The notes under the pieces: model-generated
Told to the model about the DNA's origin: nothing
Seen by the model: only the letters and a program-made list of their open reading frames with translations
Database searches by the model: none
Made by a program: the position numbers and the translations under genes
Assembly (NCBI GenBank): GCA_016841185.1
Contig: JAENZQ010000017.1
Location: 6,121-70,120 of the forward strand
DNA length: 64,000 nt
From: Anaerovorax odorimutans
GTDB taxonomy: Bacteria; Bacillota; Clostridia; Peptostreptococcales; JAAYPU01
Direction: 5' to 3'
Part shown: positions 25,885-34,808 of the stretch, piece by piece
Layout: each line of letters starts with the position of its first letter
Numbering within the stretch: the stretch's first letter is position 1

Positions 25885-26679
25885 ATGAGATTCGATAAGA
25901 AAGAAGCAGGAGATAAGAAGAATAATGCTATTATAAGAAAATTAATAAAAACAATAAATAATGAAGGCTTCTATTTAGTTCTTTTTTTGTGTTTCTGCAT
26001 TGTTGCAGCAGCAGCAGTCTGGACAGTAAAAGCCAATGTAAAAAGAATAGAGAACTTGAATCAACGCCATGATATAGAATTCGTCAATGAAAATAAAAAT
26101 GGTGAGATGCAAGTCGCCGAAGAGGAAGATTCTCAACCGGTTCTTAAAGAGGATAAGAAGCAAGAAACGGAATATGGTCCTGAAACATCTGAAATTGAAA
26201 GCCAAAATACCGTCAAGATAAATGAAGTAAATGAAAAGAAATCGGAAAATGAGGTGATCAGCAGTATTCCGTCGTTTTCAGCCCCTGTTAAGGGAAACAT
26301 TTGCTTGGATTATTCCGGAGATACATTGGTCTATTCAAAAACACTGGAACAATATATTTTACATAAGGGCATAGATATTGAAGCACCATTGAATACTCCT
26401 GTATGTGCAGCTGCAGATGGGATTGTCACTAAGGTCGAAGAGGACCGGACCATGGGTATCACCATATGTATTGATCATGATAATGGTTTTAAAACTGTCT
26501 ATGCTAATCTCAGTACTATGGATATGGTACATCAGGATAAAGAGGTAAAAAAAGGAGATGTTATCAGTGGGATTGGGGACACTGCTCTTTTCGAGATATT
26601 AGAGGTTCCGCATCTTCATTTCGAAGTCATAAGAAACCAACGCCACGAGGATCCTCGCAGCTTTATAGATTTTAAATAA
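25885..26679 (+). CDS. M23 (LytM) family metallopeptidase with N-terminal TM anchor, SpoIIQ-like
   Basis: TM helix FYLVLFLCFCIVAAAAVWTV. Motifs HKGIDIEAP and HLHFEV. Adjacent to spoIIID and mreB, as clostridial spoIIQ is. Confidence 0.8.
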   Translation: MRFDKKEAGDKKNNAIIRKLIKTINNEGFYLVLFLCFCIVAAAAVWTVKANVKRIENLNQRHDIEFVNENKNGEMQVAEEEDSQPVLKEDKKQETEYGPETSEIESQNTVKINEVNEKKSENEVISSIPSFSAPVKGNICLDYSGDTLVYSKTLEQYILHKGIDIEAPLNTPVCAAADGIVTKVEEDRTMGITICIDHDNGFKTVYANLSTMDMVHQDKEVKKGDVISGIGDTALFEILEVPHLHFEVIRNQRHEDPRSFIDFK

Positions 26680-26712
26680 CTGAAAGATTAAATGCAGACT
26701 GTATAGCCTGCA

Positions 26713-26991
26713 TTAATTCATTTCATCTGATATGTTCCTGTTTTCCATTTCGTATTTTAATTTCGTAGCCTGACCGCCTCGAATATGCCTTTCCGCTTTG
26801 TTTTTATCCAAAATCATCTTTACTTCTTTTGCCGCTGAAGGGTTGATTTTGGGCAGCCTTTCGGTAACATCTTTATGTATCGTGCTTTTGCTGACTCCAA
26901 AAACTTTTGCAGTCTGTCGAACGGTGGCCTCTTTAGTTATTATATAATTTGCAGCATCCATAGTTCTTTCTTCTATGTAATCCTTCACCAT
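26713..26991 (-). CDS. spoIIID: Stage III sporulation protein D (HTH regulator)
   Basis: VRQTAKVFGVSKSTIHKDVTERLPKINP is near-identical in pattern to SpoIIID. 92 aa. Confidence 0.92.
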   Translation of the reverse strand: MVKDYIEERTMDAANYIITKEATVRQTAKVFGVSKSTIHKDVTERLPKINPSAAKEVKMILDKNKAERHIRGGQATKLKYEMENRNISDEMN

Positions 26992-27271
26992 CTGCCTCCT
27001 CCAATACTTCTCTTTTGTAAAATAATATGCAGTGTAAAATACAAGTAGAACTATAACAGGCTGATCACCTTAGCAGAAATATGAAGTAAGTCCCCATCAG
27101 TAGAGTTTCAGACTTTCTATTGATGGCAAGCGATAGGAATCTACAAATTAAAGAAATCTTTTCTTTGATAAAAAAATACAAAATAATTGAAGGAAGCATT
27201 TTTTTTATATAGAATATAATCAGGATTTAATTTTGTAAAAATAGAACTTAGAATAGGGGATGTGATGAGCT

Positions 27272-28288
27272 ATGGGAATATCAACTGAAGTAGGCATTGA
27301 TTTAGGAACAGCAAACGTACTTGTATATGTAAAAGGAAAAGGTATCGTGTTGAATGAACCCTCTGTAGTTGCCATTAATAAGGATACCAACGGTATTCTG
27401 GCAGTAGGGGATGAAGCCAGGAGAATGCTGGGAAGAACACCAAGCAATATTATTGCCATTAGGCCTTTAAAGGATGGTGTTATATCGGATTATGACATTA
27501 CAGAAAGAATGCTGAAATATTTTATCAAGAAAACCTGTGGGACCAATCGGTTTTTTAGACCCAAAATTGTTGTATGTGTTCCCAGCGGTGTTACAGAAGT
27601 TGAAAAAAGAGCTGTCAGAGAAGCTGCTACCATGGCAGGGGGTAAAGTGGCCTATCTCATTGAGGAACCCATTGCAGCAGCAATCGGAGCCGGATTGGAT
27701 ATTTCTCAACCTGACGGCATCATGGTAATTGATATAGGCGGAGGAACTACGGATATTGCTGTTATTTCATTAGGAGGTGTTGTGGTAAGTGCTTCAGTCA
27801 AAATTGCAGGGGATAAATTTGATGATGCGATTATTAAGTACATGCGTAAAGAACACAAATTATATATTGGAGAGAGAACTGCCGAAGAACTAAAGATTAC
27901 CATAGGAACCGCATACCCAAGAGAAGAAGTTATTACCAGAGAATGCAGGGGAAGGGATTTGGTGACTGGGCTTCCCAAAACCATTGAAATCTCATCAAAG
28001 GAGATGCTTGAATCATTGGATGAACCATTGGAAGCGATTTGCGAAGCGGTACATTCTGTCCTGGAAAATACACCGCCTGAGCTTGCTGCAGACATCAGCA
28101 ATAAAGGTATTGTGATGACAGGTGGAGGGTCCTTATTGACAGGTATTGATAAGCGTATAGAAGAAAAGACGGGAATAAAGGCAATAGTAGCGGAAGATGC
28201 TTGCTCCTGTGTTGCAATAGGAACAGGTAAATCTTTGAATTCCATTGAACTTATAGAAAAGAACACGATTAATAAAAAAAGGTATTAA
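27272..28288 (+). CDS. mreB: Rod shape-determining protein MreB/Mbl
   Basis: Motifs GIDLGTANVLVYVKGKGIVLNEPSVVA and DIGGGTTDIAVISLGG. Confidence 0.93.
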   Translation: MGISTEVGIDLGTANVLVYVKGKGIVLNEPSVVAINKDTNGILAVGDEARRMLGRTPSNIIAIRPLKDGVISDYDITERMLKYFIKKTCGTNRFFRPKIVVCVPSGVTEVEKRAVREAATMAGGKVAYLIEEPIAAAIGAGLDISQPDGIMVIDIGGGTTDIAVISLGGVVVSASVKIAGDKFDDAIIKYMRKEHKLYIGERTAEELKITIGTAYPREEVITRECRGRDLVTGLPKTIEISSKEMLESLDEPLEAICEAVHSVLENTPPELAADISNKGIVMTGGGSLLTGIDKRIEEKTGIKAIVAEDACSCVAIGTGKSLNSIELIEKNTINKKRY

Positions 28289-28293
28289 TACTC

Positions 28294-28743
28294 ATGAAGG
28301 GTGGAAAAATATTGTTAGATAGTAAAGAAATATTGAAGATTCTTCCACACAGATATCCATTTTTACTGGTGGATAGAATTACAGAGATTGAGCCTCAGAA
28401 AAGAGCTATAGGTATTAAAAATGTCACTGTGAATGAACCTTTTTTTCAGGGACATTTTCCAGGGACACCGATCATGCCGGGAGTTCTGATTCTTGAAGCC
28501 ATGGCCCAGGTCTGTGCCATTACAATAAAATACCAGAGTGATCTGGATGATAAATTAGGTGTTTTTACCGGCATAGACAATTGCAAAATCAGAAAAATGG
28601 TAGTACCCGGGGATACCCTGAGAATAGAAGCTGAAATTACCCGTCTAAGAAAGAGCATTGGTAAAGCAAGGGTATGTACATATGTTGGTAAAGAGTTAGT
28701 CTGTGAAGCAGATTTGTCATTTGCCATGGTAGATTCAGAATAA
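28294..28743 (+). CDS. fabZ: 3-hydroxyacyl-ACP dehydratase
   Basis: Motifs ILPHRYPFLLVDRI and GHFPGTPIMPGVLILEAMAQ. The true start may be TTG 28312 after AAGGGTGG. Confidence 0.92.
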   Translation: MKGGKILLDSKEILKILPHRYPFLLVDRITEIEPQKRAIGIKNVTVNEPFFQGHFPGTPIMPGVLILEAMAQVCAITIKYQSDLDDKLGVFTGIDNCKIRKMVVPGDTLRIEAEITRLRKSIGKARVCTYVGKELVCEADLSFAMVDSE

Positions 28744-28808
28744 GCATTTATAGATAACAGATAATAGTTAAGGAAAATGTTTCAATAGATTCAGAGGGGT
28801 GATATTGC

Positions 28809-30467
28809 ATGGATTATAGAGAAGTATATGAAAAATGGATGGGGGATTCATTTATTGATAAGAAGGACAGAGAAATACTGCAGTCCATTAAAGAAGACGG
28901 AGATTTGATCAAAGAACTATTTTATAAAGAGCTGTCTTTTGGAACTGCCGGTATGAGAGGTAAAATCGGGATTGGAACCAACCGAATCAATAAATATCAA
29001 ATTGCAAAGGCCACCCAGGCTTATGCCAATCATTTGAATGAAAGAGGGTTGGGTGATTCAGGTATTGCTATTGCCTATGATACAAGGCATAAGTCAAAGG
29101 AGTTTGCCGAAATAGCAGCAAGAGTGCTGTTGGAGAATAAAATAAGGGTATACCTCTTTAAAGATATCCGTCCGGTTCCCCAACTTTCTTTTACTGTAAG
29201 ATATTTGAATACGGCAGGAGGAATTGTTATTACCGCAAGTCACAACCCAAAAGAATATAACGGGTATAAGCTGTACAGTGATTACGGCGGACAGTTGGTG
29301 CCTGATGATATGGCCCCTGTAATTAAGGCTTTTTTTGATATAAAAAGCTTTGATCAAATTAAAATATACAAAGGAAATCTTCAAAACCATCCCCTTTTTA
29401 GTTTTACAGGTAAAGAAATAGATGAACCATATATCCAAGAGCTTTTGAAACTCGGAACTTGTGCTGAATCAGAAAAAGATATTAAAATTATTTATTCACC
29501 TATCCATGGTACGGGAATGACCTGTGTTCCGGAAGTATTAAAAAGAAGCGGTTTTATAAATGTATATATCGTGAAAGAGCAGAATACTTTGGATCCTGAC
29601 TTTTCTACTGTAAAAGTACCTAATCCGGAAAATAAAGAAGCTTTGGATATGTCTCTGAATTTGGCACGAAAGATTGATGCGGATTTAGTTATGGCAACAG
29701 ATCCTGACTGCGATCGTGTTGGAATTGCTGTAAAAGATGAAAACGGGAAATTTCTTCTTTTGAATGGCAATCAGATGGGAGCACTTATGACGGATTACAT
29801 TATCCGGCACAGACCCCATATGCCCGAAGATGCTGTTATAATTCAGACCATTGTTACCAGTAATCTTGGGAAAAAAATTGCCCTGCAGGCAGGCATTGAG
29901 GTCATGGAAGTGCTTACAGGCTTTAAGTATATCGGTGAGAAGATTTCTCAATTTGAAAGAGAACAATCAAAAACTTTTATATTTGGATATGAAGAAAGCT
30001 ATGGATTCCTGTCGGGTACACATGCCCGGGATAAAGATGCAGTCAATGCATGTTTACTTCTGGCAGAAATGGCAGCGTGTTATAAAATGAAGGGGAAAAG
30101 TATATATGAACGGTTGAATGAAATATATAAACAATATGGTTTCTATTACGAACTGCTGCATAACATCCGCTTTGATACAGTAGACGGAATGGACAGGATG
30201 AAGAATATATTAACCAAATTGAGAGAAAATCCTTTATCGGAAATTGACGGCGAAAGGATCATTATTACGGATTATTTATATGATGATACCGGCCTTCCGA
30301 GGGAAAATGTTTTGAAGTATCAGTTAGAAAGTGATTCCTGGGTTGCCATCCGGCCATCCGGAACCGAACCCAAATTAAAAATATATTTTTCTGCGGTAGG
30401 GCAGTCCAGGGCAAGTGCTGAAAAGAAATGTGAAAGAATGAAAAATGAAATATTAAGCTATATGTAA
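28809..30467 (+). CDS. Phospho-sugar mutase (phosphoglucomutase/phosphomannomutase, PgcA-like)
   Basis: Active-site loop TASHNPKEYNGYK, metal loop ATDPDCDRVG, C-terminal RPSGTEPKLK. Confidence 0.9.
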   Translation: MDYREVYEKWMGDSFIDKKDREILQSIKEDGDLIKELFYKELSFGTAGMRGKIGIGTNRINKYQIAKATQAYANHLNERGLGDSGIAIAYDTRHKSKEFAEIAARVLLENKIRVYLFKDIRPVPQLSFTVRYLNTAGGIVITASHNPKEYNGYKLYSDYGGQLVPDDMAPVIKAFFDIKSFDQIKIYKGNLQNHPLFSFTGKEIDEPYIQELLKLGTCAESEKDIKIIYSPIHGTGMTCVPEVLKRSGFINVYIVKEQNTLDPDFSTVKVPNPENKEALDMSLNLARKIDADLVMATDPDCDRVGIAVKDENGKFLLLNGNQMGALMTDYIIRHRPHMPEDAVIIQTIVTSNLGKKIALQAGIEVMEVLTGFKYIGEKISQFEREQSKTFIFGYEESYGFLSGTHARDKDAVNACLLLAEMAACYKMKGKSIYERLNEIYKQYGFYYELLHNIRFDTVDGMDRMKNILTKLRENPLSEIDGERIIITDYLYDDTGLPRENVLKYQLESDSWVAIRPSGTEPKLKIYFSAVGQSRASAEKKCERMKNEILSYM

Positions 30468-30485
30468 ATAGCTAAATAAAGATAG

Positions 30486-30583
30486 TGACCGTTCTTTTTT
30501 GAAACGAAGGAAACAGAAGGGACGGTTCTTTTTGTTTACTTTTCCATCAGCGTAACAAAAAGAACCGTCCCTTCTGTTTTGCC
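30486..30583. repeat. Palindromic intergenic repeat (GGGACGGTTCTTTTTGTTTAC family), copy 1
   Basis: AGAAGGGACGGTTCTTTTTGTTTAC (30515-30539) pairs with GTAACAAAAAGAACCGTCCCTTCT (30552-30575), with a 1-nt bulge. An extra partial unit GACCGTTCTTTTTTGAAACG lies at the 5' side. Confidence 0.85.
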
Positions 30584-30647
30584 TGCCATTTCATTCCTTA
30601 TTTTTAAGCCTAAAAACCATCCTTTAAGCATATAGTATTATGAGAAA

Positions 30648-31355
30648 ATGTCGGGGGGAAGTGTCTTGAGAAAATTATGGGTTTTTCTGGCTGCAGTCAT
30701 GATATGGATTTTAATCTCATTAAATACAATGGACATTCCGGATACCATTGAACCGGCAAATTCCCTGACGGAGAATCGTGTCATCTATGTGGACCTCGTG
30801 GGTCAGACGCTGGAGTTAATAGATCTGAACGGCGATAAAGTATTAAAAAGATATAAGATTGGCGGTGGCAAGTACAATTCACCATCTCCAATAGGCTCTT
30901 TTAAAATAACCTTTAAAGCAAGGTGGGGAGAAGGTTTCGGCACTCATTTCATGGGAATTAACGTTCCCTGGGGTAAGTACGGCATACATGGTACGGATAA
31001 ACCCAGTTCTATTGGCTGGGCTTCTTCTCACGGGTGTATTCGGATGAATAATAAAGATATATCAGAACTGTATTCTTTGGTCAGTATCGGTACGAAGGTT
31101 ATTATTGACGGAGGGCCCTTTGGGCCTTTTGGAAGCGGGCTCCGGACTTTGCGGCCCGGAGACAGGGGGTCTGATGTTTATGAAGTTCAGAGAATCATGA
31201 AAGAGCAGGGGTTTTATCCCCTGCGAGTGGATGGTATTTATGGAGAAGGCATGAAAAAATGGGTATTGGAATTCAGGAAAAGCCATAATATGTATGCCAG
31301 CCATAATATAGATATGAATTTTTATAAAATACTTGGAGTTGAGTTGTTCGAGTGA
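30648..31355 (+). CDS. L,D-transpeptidase (YkuD) with C-terminal peptidoglycan-binding domain
   Basis: Motif YGIHGTDKPSSIGWASSHGCIRM. PG_binding_1-like GDRGSDVYEVQRIMKEQGFYPLRVDGIYG. The stop codon lies inside repeat copy 2. Confidence 0.88.
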   Translation: MSGGSVLRKLWVFLAAVMIWILISLNTMDIPDTIEPANSLTENRVIYVDLVGQTLELIDLNGDKVLKRYKIGGGKYNSPSPIGSFKITFKARWGEGFGTHFMGINVPWGKYGIHGTDKPSSIGWASSHGCIRMNNKDISELYSLVSIGTKVIIDGGPFGPFGSGLRTLRPGDRGSDVYEVQRIMKEQGFYPLRVDGIYGEGMKKWVLEFRKSHNMYASHNIDMNFYKILGVELFE

Positions 31356-31492
31356 AACGGTAGGGACCGAAACGGTAGGGACGGTTCTTTTTGTTTACCT
31401 TTTCACCAACGTAACAAAAAGAACCGTCCCTACCGTTTCACTACCGTTTCAAAAAGAACCGTCCCTACCGTTTCATCCCTTCCGTTTCATTT
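31352..31492. repeat. Palindromic intergenic repeat, composite copy 2
   Basis: Left arm GTGAAACGGTAGGGAC-CGAAACGGTAGGGACGGTTCTTTTTGTTTACC, then a loop, then GTAACAAAAAGAACCGTCCCTACCGTTTCAC, plus extra right-hand subunits. Fills the whole gap between convergent genes. Confidence 0.85.
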
Positions 31493-31498
31493 TGTTTC

Positions 31499-32314
31499 TT
31501 ATGTTAATACATATTTCTCCAAAACCTTTGCAACACCGTCTTCATCATTGGATGAGGTCACAAAATCCGCTGCCTTTTTAACAGGTTCTTCAGCATTTTC
31601 CATGGCGACACCAAGGCCGGCATATTCAATCATACTGATATCGTTGATATTATCTCCGATACAGATGATTTCATCTTTTGGTATATTCATTTCCTGAGCA
31701 AATCTTCTGACAGCATTTCCTTTGGTCACATTTTTCCCGCAGACTTCAAAATTATCAAACCAAGAGCTGGTAAGGGTGATATCGGAAATCTTATTTAATT
31801 CATGGGCATAAAAATCACGTTTGATATCCTTTCTGCAGTGGATCAATATTTTATAGATATTTTCTTTTCTCAGAACCTCAGAGGCATTTTTTACTTCTCT
31901 TATAGTGATCTTGTCTTCATCAGGAAGAGAATTATTCCATACAGTGTATTCAAAGGATTCATTTTCTATTTTTTCCGTATAGAAAATATCAGGGCCATAA
32001 AAGTGAAAATAGGTGCCGGTATCCTTTAAAAATTCAAAAACCTTTTGACAAGAATCTTTTTCGATGGGAACATCAAAAAGTATTTTACCATCCATTGAAT
32101 TTCTGATGATTCCCCCATTACAAGCCATAATAGGCGTATTTAACCCTAACTCTTTGGCATATACTCTTGCTGAGCCGTATATTCTTCCGGTTGCCAATAC
32201 AAAGATGATGCCTTGCCTGATTGCTTGTTTTATAATGCTTTTACTGTATGGAGATATTTTATTTTCACTGTTCAACAGCGATCCGTCCATATCCGATACT
32301 ACCAATTTATACAT
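31499..32314 (-). CDS. Cof-type HAD-IIB phosphatase
   Basis: Motifs VVSDMDGSLLN, ATGR and GDNINDISM. Confidence 0.88.
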   Translation of the reverse strand: MYKLVVSDMDGSLLNSENKISPYSKSIIKQAIRQGIIFVLATGRIYGSARVYAKELGLNTPIMACNGGIIRNSMDGKILFDVPIEKDSCQKVFEFLKDTGTYFHFYGPDIFYTEKIENESFEYTVWNNSLPDEDKITIREVKNASEVLRKENIYKILIHCRKDIKRDFYAHELNKISDITLTSSWFDNFEVCGKNVTKGNAVRRFAQEMNIPKDEIICIGDNINDISMIEYAGLGVAMENAEEPVKKAADFVTSSNDEDGVAKVLEKYVLT

Positions 32315-33462
32315 TATGTTCTCTCCTTACGTTTCGGTTTTTCACCATAGTACTGATAATAAGTGACTTCTATCCTGCCGTTATAAAGCTTTCGACGCTT
32401 GTCGGCAGGTTTTTCTGAGAAAATGGATTCGAACCTTTCATCAGAGGTTAACAGGTATAATGACCAGGTTTTATCCTTTTCGAGTATTTTTTTCAAGTCA
32501 TGATAGACCGAAATTAGTTTTTCTTTTTCTCCAATCCTTTCTCCATATGGCGGATTACATATAATAATGCCGTGATTGTCTGCGGGGGTGAGTTTTGAAG
32601 CAGGCATGACTTTAAAATGAATACAGTCATCTACCCCGGCTTCAACAGCGTTTTCCTTTGCAGCCTCGATGGCTTTAGCATCTATATCAGAAGCCTGTAT
32701 GTGCAGAACCAAATCATAGGCTATTGCATTATAGGCTTCTTTTCGGCAGGCTTTCCATAACTGGCCTGAGATGGCAGGCCATTCTTCTGAGACGAATTTA
32801 CGATTTAGCCCGGGGGCTATATTTTTAGCCAGCATAGCTGCTTCAATGGGAATGGTTCCTGAGCCGCAGAATGGGTCTGCAAGGATACGTCCGGGTTTCC
32901 AGAAGCTCAATTGCACCATAGCTGAGGCAAGGGTTTCCTTTATGGGTGCGGCTACATCCTGAACCCGATATCCCCTTTTATGTAAACCTGATCCGCTTGT
33001 ATCAATGGTCAGAGTTGCTATGTCTTTTAGTATGGATACTTTAGTTGTAAAATCTGCTCCTGTTTCAGTAAACCATTGGCACTGATAAAATTCTTTCAAG
33101 CGGTCTACGATGGCTTTTTTTACGATGGATTGACAATCCGGAACACTATAAAGCTTTGATTTGACAGAAGACCCGTTTACGGTAAACTTTCCGTCTATAG
33201 GAATCCATTCTTCCCAAGGCAGGGCTTTTGTCTGCTGATAAAGCTCCTCAAAGGACAAAACGGAGAATTCTCCCATTTTTAATAAAACTCTATCTGCACA
33301 TCTTAGCCATAAATTGGATTTTACAATAGCGGATTCATCTCCCATATAGGTTACTTTGCCGTTTTCAACTTTTGAGATTTTATAATTTAAATGTTCGACT
33401 TCTCTTTTTACTATTGCTTCCAGTCCAAAGGTGGTGGTAGCAATCAATTCCAGTTTCGGCAC
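32314..33462 (-). CDS. THUMP-domain class I SAM-dependent RNA methyltransferase (RlmL/YpsC-like, UPF0020)
   Basis: Motifs DPFCGSGTIPIEA and ICNPPYGERIG. AAAGGAGAGG then 5 nt then GTG 33462. TAATG overlap with the Cof start. Confidence 0.85.
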   Translation of the reverse strand: MPKLELIATTTFGLEAIVKREVEHLNYKISKVENGKVTYMGDESAIVKSNLWLRCADRVLLKMGEFSVLSFEELYQQTKALPWEEWIPIDGKFTVNGSSVKSKLYSVPDCQSIVKKAIVDRLKEFYQCQWFTETGADFTTKVSILKDIATLTIDTSGSGLHKRGYRVQDVAAPIKETLASAMVQLSFWKPGRILADPFCGSGTIPIEAAMLAKNIAPGLNRKFVSEEWPAISGQLWKACRKEAYNAIAYDLVLHIQASDIDAKAIEAAKENAVEAGVDDCIHFKVMPASKLTPADNHGIIICNPPYGERIGEKEKLISVYHDLKKILEKDKTWSLYLLTSDERFESIFSEKPADKRRKLYNGRIEVTYYQYYGEKPKRKERT

Positions 33463-33651
33463 ACAATCCTCTCCTTTTGTAATCAAAACTCATACTTATA
33501 TTTCTGCTTACACTTTCACTTCCGCTACTCACGCTATATTTTTGACTTACTTTACTTAGTTTATATTTTTTTAAAAAAATAATCAATGAAACTTAATAAA
33601 ATGTAAAAGATATATATAAAGCTTACAAATAGATGCGTCTATAAGGCTATA

Positions 33652-33680
33652 TTGACACGTAGAAAACAAAACCATATAAT
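33652..33680 (+). promoter_or_regulatory. Consensus sigma-A promoter upstream of the DUF1836 gene
   Basis: TTGACA - 17 nt - TATAAT. Confidence 0.6.
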
Positions 33681-33734
33681 ATAGCTATAAATAAATGATT
33701 CGTAAATTTTTAATTAGGAAAGGAAAGGTTGATT

Positions 33735-34394
33735 ATGAGATATGAGGGTTATGCAAAAAAGATAGTAGAAGAGATTTCCAAAAATGGACAGATCAGATTA
33801 TTGGATATGCCGGATCTGGATTTGTACATGGACCAGATTACTACGTTTATGGACGAAAAATTATCGATTTATAAAAGAAATGAGAAGGATAAAATATTAA
33901 CCAAAACCATGATTAATAATTATACAAAACATAATATTATTCCAAAACCGATCAATAAGAAATATTCAAGAGACCACTTGATTATCCTTATTCTGGTTTA
34001 TCACATGAAAGGTATCATTTCCATAAAGGATATGCAGCATTTGATGGCCCCCCTTCTTGAGAATTATAATTCCGAATTGGAAGAAAAAATAAAGATGGAA
34101 GATATCTATTCCGTTCTTCAGGAAATACAAAAAGATGAGCGGGAAAAGCTGGATATTAAAATGAAGGAAGATGTTGACAGCGTCAAAGAATACCTCAAAG
34201 AAATAAACCTTCAGGACGATGATATATTAGAAATATTTACTTTGGTGGTGATGCTTACTGTTCGTGCAAATATCCATAAGCATCTTGCCGAAAAGCTGGT
34301 TGACGAGTATTTCATCAGGAAAGATGATGTCATAAAAAAAGAAAAAAAGAAAACCAGAAAAAAGAAATCAGAAAATGAAGAGACTGTAGAATGA
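33735..34394 (+). CDS. DUF1836 domain-containing protein (YkrK family)
   Basis: Motif LDLYMDQITTFMD...LTKTMINNYTKHNIIPKPINKKYSRDHL. ATG 33735 after GGAAAGGAAAGG. Confidence 0.8.
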   Translation: MRYEGYAKKIVEEISKNGQIRLLDMPDLDLYMDQITTFMDEKLSIYKRNEKDKILTKTMINNYTKHNIIPKPINKKYSRDHLIILILVYHMKGIISIKDMQHLMAPLLENYNSELEEKIKMEDIYSVLQEIQKDEREKLDIKMKEDVDSVKEYLKEINLQDDDILEIFTLVVMLTVRANIHKHLAEKLVDEYFIRKDDVIKKEKKKTRKKKSENEETVE

Positions 34395-34432
34395 AGTGAA
34401 AGTCTTAGAGCTGTTCAATGAGATAAATTTTT

Positions 34433-34463
34433 CCTGAAAGCAGAAATGTTTTCAGGAATTTTT
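34433..34463 (+). terminator. Weak terminator after the DUF1836 gene
   Basis: CCTGAAA-loop-TTTCAGG followed by AATTTTT. Confidence 0.45.
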
Positions 34464-34615
34464 AATATACTGAATATTATAGATCTAAAGAGGTGAATGC
34501 GGATGATATTTTTAGAAGCAACGGACTATTTGAAAAGCAATTCAATCATAACAAAAGAAGTCATTGAACAGTGCTTATCCGAATGTTTATCCGATATTTG
34601 CGAAGAAATGTAGAA

Positions 34616-34783
34616 ATTCTGTTCTTTCAGTTCATTCATGGATGCGGCAACATCCATAGCCACATCCATTGCTGCTACCGAGGCCCCCAGAATAATGGCG
34701 GAATAAAAAACTTCCTGAATATTTGGTGTGATTTTATTGATTTCAGCGTAGCAAGAGTTTGTTAAAATCAGGGTAACAGCATG
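34616..34783 (-). pseudogene. Possible internal fragment of a membrane-protein gene (tentatively YibE/F-like)
   Basis: Minus-strand open frame without a start: ...YAEINKITPNIQEVFYSAIILGASVAAMDVAMDVAASMNELKEQN. This resembles the G-x-x-G-x-(L/M)-D-(D/V)-V...ASxxxELK segment of YibE/F proteins. It is truncated on both sides. Confidence 0.25.
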
Positions 34784-34808
34784 TTAAACAGGTAAGATTC
34801 CAGATGTT

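Noticed and set aside
27706-28266. Long antisense ORFs inside well-supported genes: 27706-28266 vs mreB, 36852-37334 vs ahcY, 61035-61637 vs spoVB, 53420-53860 vs pth, 54708-55172 and 55892-56224 vs mfd, 12434-12838 vs the NuoF-GltD gene, 5002-5424 vs the M20 peptidase gene, 45380-45793, 46518-46961, 49237-49635.
   Set aside because: Each lies fully within, and opposite to, a gene with clear family motifs. They have low-complexity or Ser/Pro/Ile-rich composition, no SD, and no recognisable domains. These are typical shadow ORFs.
31333-31581. 82-aa plus-strand ORF (MELSCSSETVGTETVGTV...).
   Set aside because: It simply reads through the palindromic repeat; the peptide repeats ETVGT because the DNA repeats. 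It then runs antisense into the Cof gene. It has no RBS.
33380-33586. Two ~65-aa ORFs at the 5' end of the THUMP methyltransferase gene.
   Set aside because: They overlap the real gene's start or the promoter region. No SD is present. The GTG 33462 start with AAAGGAGAGG explains the region.
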